A stretch of DNA of 64,000 bases from an uncultured virus (IMG/VR IMGVR_UViG_3300033170_000307) (taxonomy: Duplodnaviria > Heunggongvirae > Uroviricota > Caudoviricetes): the IMG/VR virus record IMGVR_UViG_3300033170_000307; one strand, given 5' to 3'. Positions 27,746 to 35,586 of the stretch are shown in pieces; within the stretch, counting starts at the first letter, position 1, and each line of letters opens with the position of its first letter. A program made the translations under genes and the position numbers. A model generated the notes under the pieces. The model was not told the origin of the DNA. It worked only from the letters and a program-made list of their open reading frames with translations, and searched no databases.

Positions 27746-29549
27746 CGTCTGTCTCCGTAGCGATAATGTCCAGAGGGCTAAGTTTCTTGAGACGCCCACG
27801 TCCCGCCTCCGCATACTTAGCTATCTGCTCAATCACTACGAAGTTGCGGCGCATCTGCTTGCAGGCCACGGCGGTGGTGCACGTACCACCCATCGGGTCC
27901 AGCACCAGGTCCCCCTGCGCGGTACAGACACTCAGCATCCGGCGCAGGAGCTCCAGTGGCTTCTGAGTGCTGTGCAGAGACTCCCCGTCGCTCTTCAGCC
28001 GCTCTCCCCCCTGACACAGAGCCACCTTCCAGATACCCATGCCGCCAGCCGACCCGTGGTCATTGATGCCATACTCCCGCATGAGCTCGAAGTTGAACTT
28101 GCGGCTAACCTGTTTGGAGCTCTTCTCGTTCTTGCAGAACCAGAGCAGGGTCTCGAAGCTGTTGGTGGGGCGCGCCTTGAGGAAGTTGGGCATCGGGTTG
28201 CTGTTGTGGCTAAGTATGCCCGAAGCTAGTGCGAACAGGTGGGGCTCTTCCTCTAGACAGATGTCGTAGAATACGGCATCGGCCTTGGAGCCAACGATGG
28301 CGACGACCTCTCCACTGTTCGCACGCTGACGAGACGCGCCATTGCTGACCCACCCAGAAAACCCGGCGTCCACATTGTCCTTTTTGGATGCTCTCGTCGG
28401 TTTCACATACACTTGGTAACCCAACCGAGCCCCCAAAGTACGGAGTTGGCTGGCTAAAGTATCATTGCGAGAGAAGCCCAGCCTCCACTGCCCCACACCA
28501 TAGCTGCTTCCGTCTCCGTCGAGATACCCTTGGAATAATTCTTCTAGGAATAGATTGCTTCGGTCCCACACTACTGGCCGAAGATGCTTGGTTCTAGAGC
28601 TGTCTCCGCTGATATACGTTGAGACTATCTGGCATAGGACCCGGCCGCAAACTCGGATGTAAGTCCTGTTCCCGGACGTGTATGTCGAGACGGTGCTGTC
28701 GTACCAGTCTGCGGCTTCCCGAACGCGAGGGAGAAACGCCCCGAGCTCATCTGTATGGATAGACAGCTTGAAAGCGTATCCGCCATCCTTGTCAACGCGG
28801 TCCCAACTGCCCTCGGCAAGAAAGAGTCCAACCAGCCACCCAATTGCATCCGGTATGTGTTTGTTCTTTGCTTTTGAGGGCGGCTCGGGTAGCCGGCAGG
28901 TCTCAATGATGTCTCCGGGACGCACTTCGTCAGCACGCAACAGCCCGCGATTGGTCGGCCACCGATGATTAGCGGTGCACCGCACAATTTCCCCATTACG
29001 CAGTCTGAGGCCTAGCGGCGCTTCCGGCTGTGCAGTACGGGCTATCTGCTTTACGCGATTCCATTTTACCCCATCCCAGAGATATACCTGGGACTTGGCT
29101 TCAGCCACGTCTTCTAGTGTCGCGACCCCTTCACGCTCACCTTCTTCCCCCCACCTCACGTACAGCCTGGTAGTTCGTGAGAGACATTTCTGCCATATAC
29201 ACTCACTGAAGTGCCACATGCCAAGGTCCTCGGCAAGCCGTCCGATACGATGCACGCAATGGTAGGTTCCGCTGGCCCACAGGCTTCCAGATGGCTTGAG
29301 CACCCGCTGAAGTTCGGCTATGACGGTGCCCATCTTCTGGTCATAGTCTTCCAGGCTCTCGAATTGGTCCCACTCCTCGAAGCAGCCATTGACTTCCCGG
29401 CCGCTCTCCAGCGTAAGCAGGCGCTCGCGCCCGAGCCGCAGGTAGTACGGCGGGTCCCAGTAAATCATGTCGAACGTGTTGTCCGGGATGCTGGGCAGGA
29501 TGGTCTCGCACTTGGCGTGGGCAATCTTGTTGAGCAGGGCAGGGTCCAA
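27696..29549 (-). CDS. Beta-class DNA adenine methyltransferase (CcrM/M.HinfI-like) with intein
   Basis: DPPY, RVLKPSGSLW, NPMPNF...TNSFETLLW, HSTQKP, VLDPMGGT motifs. Confidence 0.88.
   Translation of the reverse strand: MDPALLNKIAHAKCETILPSIPDNTFDMIYWDPPYYLRLGRERLLTLESGREVNGCFEEWDQFESLEDYDQKMGTVIAELQRVLKPSGSLWASGTYHCVHRIGRLAEDLGMWHFSECIWQKCLSRTTRLYVRWGEEGEREGVATLEDVAEAKSQVYLWDGVKWNRVKQIARTAQPEAPLGLRLRNGEIVRCTANHRWPTNRGLLRADEVRPGDIIETCRLPEPPSKAKNKHIPDAIGWLVGLFLAEGSWDRVDKDGGYAFKLSIHTDELGAFLPRVREAADWYDSTVSTYTSGNRTYIRVCGRVLCQIVSTYISGDSSRTKHLRPVVWDRSNLFLEELFQGYLDGDGSSYGVGQWRLGFSRNDTLASQLRTLGARLGYQVYVKPTRASKKDNVDAGFSGWVSNGASRQRANSGEVVAIVGSKADAVFYDICLEEEPHLFALASGILSHNSNPMPNFLKARPTNSFETLLWFCKNEKSSKQVSRKFNFELMREYGINDHGSAGGMGIWKVALCQGGERLKSDGESLHSTQKPLELLRRMLSVCTAQGDLVLDPMGGTCTTAVACKQMRRNFVVIEQIAKYAEAGRGRLKKLSPLDIIATETDDERNRKAGASAETGDD
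28203..29186 (-). mobile_element. LAGLIDADG intein (328 aa) in the methyltransferase
   Basis: K|CLSRTT start, CTANHRW block B, LVGLFLAEGS and FQGYLDGDGS, ILSHN|S end. Confidence 0.9.
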
Positions 29550-29564
29550 GGGTCTTCCTCCGGG

Positions 29565-29810
29565 TCAGGGGATGCTGATGGAACATGAGACGGTAGCGGC
29601 CGGCCCCAGTTTGCAGAGGCCGGCCACTAACGCTTCGGCAGCGATAAACGCCTGTTCTTCCGTTCCGTGCTGGCCGGCCATAAGCAGGGCGGCCCCCACG
29701 GTCTCGACAGTCGCAGCCAGACAGATGGTGTCCCCGTCACCAAGCACACCGCGCCCCATCTGCTCGCTGAGTGAAACGTTGCAAGGAAAGTTCCAGGCGA
29801 TGGTGGTCAT
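29565..29810 (-). CDS. Hypothetical protein
   Basis: ATG immediately after the upstream stop codon. Confidence 0.5.
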   Translation of the reverse strand: MTTIAWNFPCNVSLSEQMGRGVLGDGDTICLAATVETVGAALLMAGQHGTEEQAFIAAEALVAGLCKLGPAATVSCSISIP

Positions 29811-29811
29811 G

Positions 29812-30153
29812 TTATACGAGCTGCGCGCACTCGGCGACGGTGGCCTCGATAACGACTTCGACCACGCATTCGACGCCCCGCTCCTGCAACAGCGCAGTGA
29901 GAGCGTCCTTGCCGTACTTCTCGGTGACATGCGCGGTGATGCGCTCCGCCGCCTTCTCCTTGAGCAGCGCAGAGACGAGCGGCGTCAGGAACGAGCGGAT
30001 GAGGGTCTTCCAGTTGAACTGCAGGAAGCCGAGCTCCTGCATGCCGGCGCCCCGGATGTCGAACGCGGGCGGTCTCACCGCGCAACTGATGTTGCTGCCG
30101 CCGTCCGACGACGGGGTGACGTAGATAGTAGCCTGGTCGGGATGGCCTGCCAT
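29812..30153 (-). CDS. Hypothetical protein
   Basis: AGGAG RBS, biased codons. Confidence 0.65.
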   Translation of the reverse strand: MAGHPDQATIYVTPSSDGGSNISCAVRPPAFDIRGAGMQELGFLQFNWKTLIRSFLTPLVSALLKEKAAERITAHVTEKYGKDALTALLQERGVECVVEVVIEATVAECAQLV

Positions 30154-30165
30154 TGGATTTCTCTC

Positions 30166-30375
30166 CTACGTGAACACGATTTCCTTGAGCTTGGCGCCAT
30201 GTTGGCATTGGACGGTGTGAAGTTCGCCGCATACGCTGCACTTGACGACTTGCTCTGCATCGAGGCTGGCGTTCATGAAGCCACCCTTGCGCGGAGGGTC
30301 AATGCGTGCTATGCTACGACCGCACTTTCTGCAATAAGCCTCTAGTTGGTCGCCTGCAAGAATGATGTCGGCCAT
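30166..30375 (-). CDS. Small zinc-ribbon protein
   Basis: CRKCG...CSVCG; first gene after a promoter. Confidence 0.65.
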   Translation of the reverse strand: MADIILAGDQLEAYCRKCGRSIARIDPPRKGGFMNASLDAEQVVKCSVCGELHTVQCQHGAKLKEIVFT

Positions 30376-30393
30376 TCGTGGTTACCTGTACGC

Positions 30394-30422
30394 ATTGTAT
30401 CTGCACGCGGCGCCGGCGTCAA
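30394..30422 (-). promoter_or_regulatory. sigma70-type promoter
   Basis: TTGACG-17-TACAAT. Confidence 0.7.
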
Positions 30423-30468
30423 GCTGCACAGATAGGTTCCCTCTGCAACTCGCCGAGAGGAGTATCTG

Positions 30469-31188
30469 ATGAAGAAGGGTCTTGAACGCACCGTATCGGG
30501 GGATTTCCAGGAACTGATGCGCCAACTAACCGAAGGCGTCTCCGAGGCTGATGAGTGTCTCGAAGCTGGCTGGGGTATTGTGGCCGCTAGCGACCGCGCT
30601 TGCGAGACCGTGTGGCGCACCTATGCCGATGACGCCATGGCCGCCGCGCGTCCATTGTTCCGTCGCATCGGGCAAGTCGTGCGCACGCAGAGCTACCCGC
30701 ACTGCTACAGGTCGTGCTTCGGGGCCCTGGTCTACAACCCCGACTCCAAGGAAGTCGTGGCTGGTCCCGGCTTCAACGCCCCGCCCGGCCCGGCGCTATC
30801 GGTTTGCAAGGAGTCATGCGACACCTGTATCCGCGCGCTCACCGGGAAGAGCAAGACGAACAACTACAACAACTGCCCCGCCGTACACGCGGCCAGCAAC
30901 CTGTTCCCACCAAAGACAGCGGGTACCGACCTGCTGTGGTTGGAGGGCGGCGCTGTCCGCAACGCCAGCGGCGAGTACCAGTGGGCCCGCAAGGACATGG
31001 CGGCGGCGAACCCGCTGGACCGCATCTACCGCTGCTCGATGTGCCTGACGCAGATGCTGTCGCGCGATGTGCACTACGTCGGCTGCTTCTCCATGGACGA
31101 GAACGGCAAGCCGGTGGTGTCGTTCCACCTGGTAGCCGCCCACCTGTCCATGCTGCTCCTGCTGGAGACCGCCGCCGCGCTGAAGTGA
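30469..31188 (+). CDS. dCMP deaminase-like protein (HAE changed to HAA)
   Basis: FGALV...GFNAPPG...C..CIR...CPAVHAASN...CSMC. Confidence 0.7.
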   Translation: MKKGLERTVSGDFQELMRQLTEGVSEADECLEAGWGIVAASDRACETVWRTYADDAMAAARPLFRRIGQVVRTQSYPHCYRSCFGALVYNPDSKEVVAGPGFNAPPGPALSVCKESCDTCIRALTGKSKTNNYNNCPAVHAASNLFPPKTAGTDLLWLEGGAVRNASGEYQWARKDMAAANPLDRIYRCSMCLTQMLSRDVHYVGCFSMDENGKPVVSFHLVAAHLSMLLLLETAAALK

Positions 31189-31199
31189 GGGGATGACCA

Positions 31200-32078
31200 A
31201 TGCTAGTTGCCGCCGCACAGTTGGACTACCGTCTGCAGCTTATCCCGCAATTGAAGCACTGTGCCGAGTTGTGCCGCAGCAACAGCGTTGATGTCGTCGT
31301 GCTGCCTGAGATGCTCAACATGCCGGCCGTGGTGCGGGGCTACAAGGACGGGTTCGGCCCGCTGGAAGTCAAGCAGGGTTGGTGGGACAAAGCGGGGGAC
31401 TGGCTCGCGCGGCACCCGCCTTCCATTCCCTGGCTCGGCCTGCACGAAGCCATGGACGAAGCGCTCTACGAGCAGGTCATCAGGAACGTCTCAAAGGACT
31501 CCCCCAAGACCTACATCGTTGGGGGCAGCGTCGTGGTCAAGCGGGAAGACGGCTTGTACAACGTAGGGGTGGTGGCTTACGACGGGGAAGTTGTGGCGCG
31601 CTACGACAAACTGAACCCCATCCACGTCGAGAAGATGATGGGAGTGAAGACGGGGAAGTTGGGGCCGGCCTGCATACCGTTGGACGGCATCGGCTCTTAC
31701 CACTTCCCTGACGACGGCCGCTACCTCCATGCCGCCATCTGCTACGACATCGAGTTCGTTGACCAGTGGAAGCACCAGCCGCTCTCGGGTGACATCGTTG
31801 CCATCCCGAGTTGGGGCTGGCGCCCCGAGGGCTGGAGCGAGACCGAGTATGACCTACAATTTGTTGACACGGCCCGGAATCTTGGTGTAGTATTGGTGCG
31901 CTGCTTCTGGGCCGGAGACATGCCCCTGGGCCGGATGGGCGGCAACAGCGCCATCGTAGTTCCCGACAAGCCGCTGCTGCGCGCCAGCCTGACAGACGGG
32001 CAATTCATCGGGGCCAAGTTTGAGAGCGGCAGAGGAGGCTTCTCATTACGAGCAACCCTACGACAGAGCACGAAATGA
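31200..32078 (+). CDS. Carbon-nitrogen hydrolase (nitrilase superfamily)
   Basis: VVVLPE, YDKL and ICYDI giving the E-K-C triad; GGNSAIVVP. Confidence 0.85.
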   Translation: MLVAAAQLDYRLQLIPQLKHCAELCRSNSVDVVVLPEMLNMPAVVRGYKDGFGPLEVKQGWWDKAGDWLARHPPSIPWLGLHEAMDEALYEQVIRNVSKDSPKTYIVGGSVVVKREDGLYNVGVVAYDGEVVARYDKLNPIHVEKMMGVKTGKLGPACIPLDGIGSYHFPDDGRYLHAAICYDIEFVDQWKHQPLSGDIVAIPSWGWRPEGWSETEYDLQFVDTARNLGVVLVRCFWAGDMPLGRMGGNSAIVVPDKPLLRASLTDGQFIGAKFESGRGGFSLRATLRQSTK

Positions 32079-32479
32079 TAGACGAAATCCCCATCATCAA
32101 GGAAGTGGCCGAGCCAGCCTTTGAGCTGGTCGGTGCCGAAGCCGATGACACCAAGGGCGCCACCATGCTTATCCAGCCGTATGAGAGCCCGCTGCTCGTG
32201 CGGCTCTGGAAGGAGCGGGAAGTTGTCCAGCCTTCGGCCGACATCGAGTTCATCGGCCAGTTCGACCCGAAGATGACGGCGGGCGGGTCATTCCGCGCCA
32301 TCGCCGGCTCAGTCGGTGACGGCCGGGTCCGCATTGACACCATGTACTTCCCTGCCAACTCCACCATAAAGCTGCAGGCCGTCACGGTGGACGGCCTGCG
32401 CTCGAACGTACTGCTGGTGATACTGGCAGGGGAAGAGTCCAAGTACGACGAGCCATTCATCCCGGACGGGAGCGGCTAA
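32075..32479 (+). CDS. Hypothetical protein
   Basis: ATGA overlap with the nitrilase stop. Confidence 0.65.
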   Translation: MIDEIPIIKEVAEPAFELVGAEADDTKGATMLIQPYESPLLVRLWKEREVVQPSADIEFIGQFDPKMTAGGSFRAIAGSVGDGRVRIDTMYFPANSTIKLQAVTVDGLRSNVLLVILAGEESKYDEPFIPDGSG

Positions 32480-32925
32480 GTCGCCGGCACGTCGAGCAAC
32501 CGCCGCACCGCTTCGACTACCAGCGCTTTCAACTCGTCGCTCTTCTCCATCGCCACCCCGACCAACAACTCCTCGCCGCCAGAGTTCATCAGGGCCGCAT
32601 AGTCGGCTTTGCTGAGCTTGGCGGCGAGTTCACTATTCCCCTTGCCTACCAGCTCCGACAGACCCATCGTGACAACGGGAGCCAACACCCCGCCGCTCTG
32701 CTTCGCCGCCTTGGCGATGAGGTCAGTTTCGGTGACCTTCAGGCCCTTGGTGAAGACCTCGCCCAGGATGCTGAGCAGCTCCGTGCCCTTCGTCGCATCC
32801 GTCAGCGCCTTCTCCAGCTTGCCCACGAGCTCCCGCACGTCAGCCTCGTCCACGGTGGCCTTGGTGATGACCTGCACGATGCAGTTGAATAGGAACTTCC
32901 TCCACCACATCTCGAACCAACTCAT
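32476..32925 (-). CDS. Hypothetical protein (MSWFEMWW...)
   Basis: AGGAGGT RBS; start overlaps the upstream stop. Confidence 0.7.
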   Translation of the reverse strand: MSWFEMWWRKFLFNCIVQVITKATVDEADVRELVGKLEKALTDATKGTELLSILGEVFTKGLKVTETDLIAKAAKQSGGVLAPVVTMGLSELVGKGNSELAAKLSKADYAALMNSGGEELLVGVAMEKSDELKALVVEAVRRLLDVPAT

Positions 32926-34028
32926 TAGACGACACCTCCTGGCGACCAGATGGTCAACCACTTCATGATGGTTTCGGCTTTGTCCGGTGTGAAACCGGGG
33001 ACCAACCGCTGCAGCGAGTTCTTCATGTACACCCGCCACAACTCTTCAATGGCAAGCGACGGATGGACACGCTTGGTGCCGGCCAGAAGTTCGCGCAGGA
33101 GCTCCGCTCTGACCATCGGGGCCGCGCGCTCGGCCTCCGCGACGGACGCGGACACCCGGCTGTCGGAGCAGTAGAGGTGGATGCAGCGCTCCTGCAGCCG
33201 CACCCGCTGGCGCGCCCCCAGAAAGTAAGCCATGGGGACACGCGACAGCCTGACGCGGATGTTGTCGCCCACGAGGCGGACGCTGGTGCGCTCCGACATG
33301 GGAACCTCAAAGCCAGTGCGGGCTACGACCGGCTCTCCGCCCAATACTGCAGCCGTCAACCTGAAGAGCAGAGCACCATCGGCGTTCCCGTTGGCCCACA
33401 AGACCAGAGGGGGCAGCTTGCCGGGGAACCCGCTCAACGCCAGCGCAAGCCAACTGCGCCATACCTGGTATTGCACTGTGGCGGTCCAGCGGCCGACAGC
33501 TCGTTTTGGTAGCAGGCTAGACTGGTCGTCAAACAGGCCGGGGGACAGCGGCAGGCCAGAGGCGCGCTCGTCCTGCAGCCACTTGTGGTGGCAGGACGAA
33601 GGGGAGACGAAGACGCCATCCTTGCCGGGCAGACAGCGCAACGCGAAGGTGCGGTTGCCCAGAGCCCAACAGAGTAGTTCGTCGTTACCGTGAGAGAGGT
33701 AGACGCGGCCGTTGGCCCAGACCCCAAAATGCTGAAGCGCCACCTCGGGTATCTCGCACTGTTGGGCTTGACGATACAGCGCCGCGCTCGCGCGAGCGCG
33801 CGGCACCCAACTTACCGGGTTCCGCGCCGAAAGAGTGCGGGGCGTGCCGTCGCTATCCAGTATGAGGAGCCGGCCTTGGTTGCGGCATACCATCTCGTGG
33901 CGAACAGCCACACGCATGATGGCCGCAAGCAGGTCGTCATCCGTATCGCGCGTGAAACCGGCGAGCCGGCCCATGGCTGCTATCGTCTCCAGAGCCTGGC
34001 GCCGGTGCTCGTCTACCTTGAAGTTCAT
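32925..34028 (-). CDS. Hypothetical protein
   Basis: 367 aa, translationally coupled on both sides. Confidence 0.6.
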   Translation of the reverse strand: MNFKVDEHRRQALETIAAMGRLAGFTRDTDDDLLAAIMRVAVRHEMVCRNQGRLLILDSDGTPRTLSARNPVSWVPRARASAALYRQAQQCEIPEVALQHFGVWANGRVYLSHGNDELLCWALGNRTFALRCLPGKDGVFVSPSSCHHKWLQDERASGLPLSPGLFDDQSSLLPKRAVGRWTATVQYQVWRSWLALALSGFPGKLPPLVLWANGNADGALLFRLTAAVLGGEPVVARTGFEVPMSERTSVRLVGDNIRVRLSRVPMAYFLGARQRVRLQERCIHLYCSDSRVSASVAEAERAAPMVRAELLRELLAGTKRVHPSLAIEELWRVYMKNSLQRLVPGFTPDKAETIMKWLTIWSPGGVV

Positions 34029-34621
34029 CAGTCAACATTCCTTACCGACAAAGGTACAATGACATCGTGCGCCTGTTTGCGCCGTCGCGGCCACAGGAAT
34101 CGCAGCAGCTTGCGCAGCCAATGGTACTTCCCCTTCCAGGTCCCCACCACAGTCGTGTTGTCGGGCACATCCGCAAGCACGATGGCTCCGGCGCCGATGG
34201 TGCAGTGGCTGCCGATGGTGATGTTGGCCAGGATGGTGCAGTTGGCGCCGATACGGGTGTAGGGGCCCACGGTGGTGCAGCCGAAAGACCAGGGCGGGTG
34301 CTCCTCACCTTCCGGCCAGGGGGCCGAGAACATGTCGTTCGTAAAGGTGACTTCGGGCCCTACGAAGACATGGTGCTTCAGCCACACCCCGTTGTAGACC
34401 GAGACCCCGTTCTGGATGCGGCAGCAGTCCTCGATGATGGCCCCAGTGTCTATGAAGCAGCGCTCTGCAATCATGCAATGCTTTCCGATACTGCCTCCGC
34501 TGCGCACGTGCGTCCAGCCCCAGATTGTGGTGCCTTCTCCAACATGCGCGCCGGGTTCTACTTCTGCGGTCGGGTGAATCTTCACGTCAGGTCCGAAAGC
34601 ATTGTCTGCAGGCGAGGCCAT
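34028..34621 (-). CDS. Hexapeptide-repeat acyltransferase (WbpD/sugar N-acetyltransferase-like)
   Basis: IHPTAEV, IQNGVSVY, FVGPEVTFTND, IGANCTIL, IGAGAIV..DVP. Confidence 0.88.
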   Translation of the reverse strand: MASPADNAFGPDVKIHPTAEVEPGAHVGEGTTIWGWTHVRSGGSIGKHCMIAERCFIDTGAIIEDCCRIQNGVSVYNGVWLKHHVFVGPEVTFTNDMFSAPWPEGEEHPPWSFGCTTVGPYTRIGANCTILANITIGSHCTIGAGAIVLADVPDNTTVVGTWKGKYHWLRKLLRFLWPRRRKQAHDVIVPLSVRNVD

Positions 34622-35586
34622 TCAATGCGTACTCCTTGCTGCTCGGCAGCGTGGATGCGCGGCGGCAGCGTGTAGGCTAGTTCAGCGAGGAGGTCGGGGC
34701 GAGAATCGAGTAGAGAGTCTTCGCTGGCCCGGCCGCCCTTGAACGACATGTTGATGCGGATACGACTGACTATGGACGCCAGTTTGTCTACCAGGTCGGG
34801 AAGCTCGGGGGCATTGTGGGCAGATGCGGTCACCAGTACCACCACTCGACTGCTGTACAGCCGCGCCGCTTCCGTCAGGTTCTCCCACAGGAGGTCATAG
34901 TTGATGCCGGGCCGCAGGAACTTGTGCAGAGAGCGCGAGGCCGCATCCATGCTGAACCTCAACTCTCCCCATTGGTATCTGCTCAGGAACTGGCCCAGCA
35001 CCCCGTCGCCGGCCGTCGTCACCCCAATGCTGCCGCCCAGTGTCGTGGCCCAGTCCAGCGCGCGCTCCACCTGCTCCTGAGGAAGATGGAAAACTTCTCC
35101 CCCCATCAGGAAGACTTTGCGCACCCGCAGGTTGGCGGCGAGGTCGTCAAGCACGAACTGCGGCACCGAAATGACATCCTTCACGTCACAGCGCTGGAAG
35201 CAGATGCGGCAGCCTCCTTTGCAGTAGTCCGTCAGGCTGAGCGCCATGGTATCCAACTCGTACTTGCCGTCGTGTCGGTCCAGATACCCGCGCGCTTCGA
35301 CACGCCCGAGCTCGATGGGCGCCATGTCATTTGGCGAGCAGTTGCGGTCGCCGCAGATGGCCGGACCGCGCTCCAGCATGCCCTGCCGAAACGCCATCAG
35401 TTCACCCGCATGCAGCAGGCTTGTGGTTGTGGAGAAATAGTCCCAGCTCTTCCCGCGCACGCGGAACGGCTGCGCGGCCACCGCGCCCATGATGGGACAG
35501 TTGTAGGCGCAGTCTTCCGTCAGATACAGGAAGCGCCAGGGTCTATCGCAAGCGGCGCAGGCTTTCGGGCAGGTATTGGTCTGCAA
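34582..35586 (-). CDS. Radical SAM protein
   Basis: CKGGCRIC (CxxxCxxC), MGGE, FSMDAAS; N-terminal Cys-rich segment. Confidence 0.75.
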   Translation of the reverse strand: MQTNTCPKACAACDRPWRFLYLTEDCAYNCPIMGAVAAQPFRVRGKSWDYFSTTTSLLHAGELMAFRQGMLERGPAICGDRNCSPNDMAPIELGRVEARGYLDRHDGKYELDTMALSLTDYCKGGCRICFQRCDVKDVISVPQFVLDDLAANLRVRKVFLMGGEVFHLPQEQVERALDWATTLGGSIGVTTAGDGVLGQFLSRYQWGELRFSMDAASRSLHKFLRPGINYDLLWENLTEAARLYSSRVVVLVTASAHNAPELPDLVDKLASIVSRIRINMSFKGGRASEDSLLDSRPDLLAELAYTLPPRIHAAEQQGVRIEWPRLQTMLSDLT

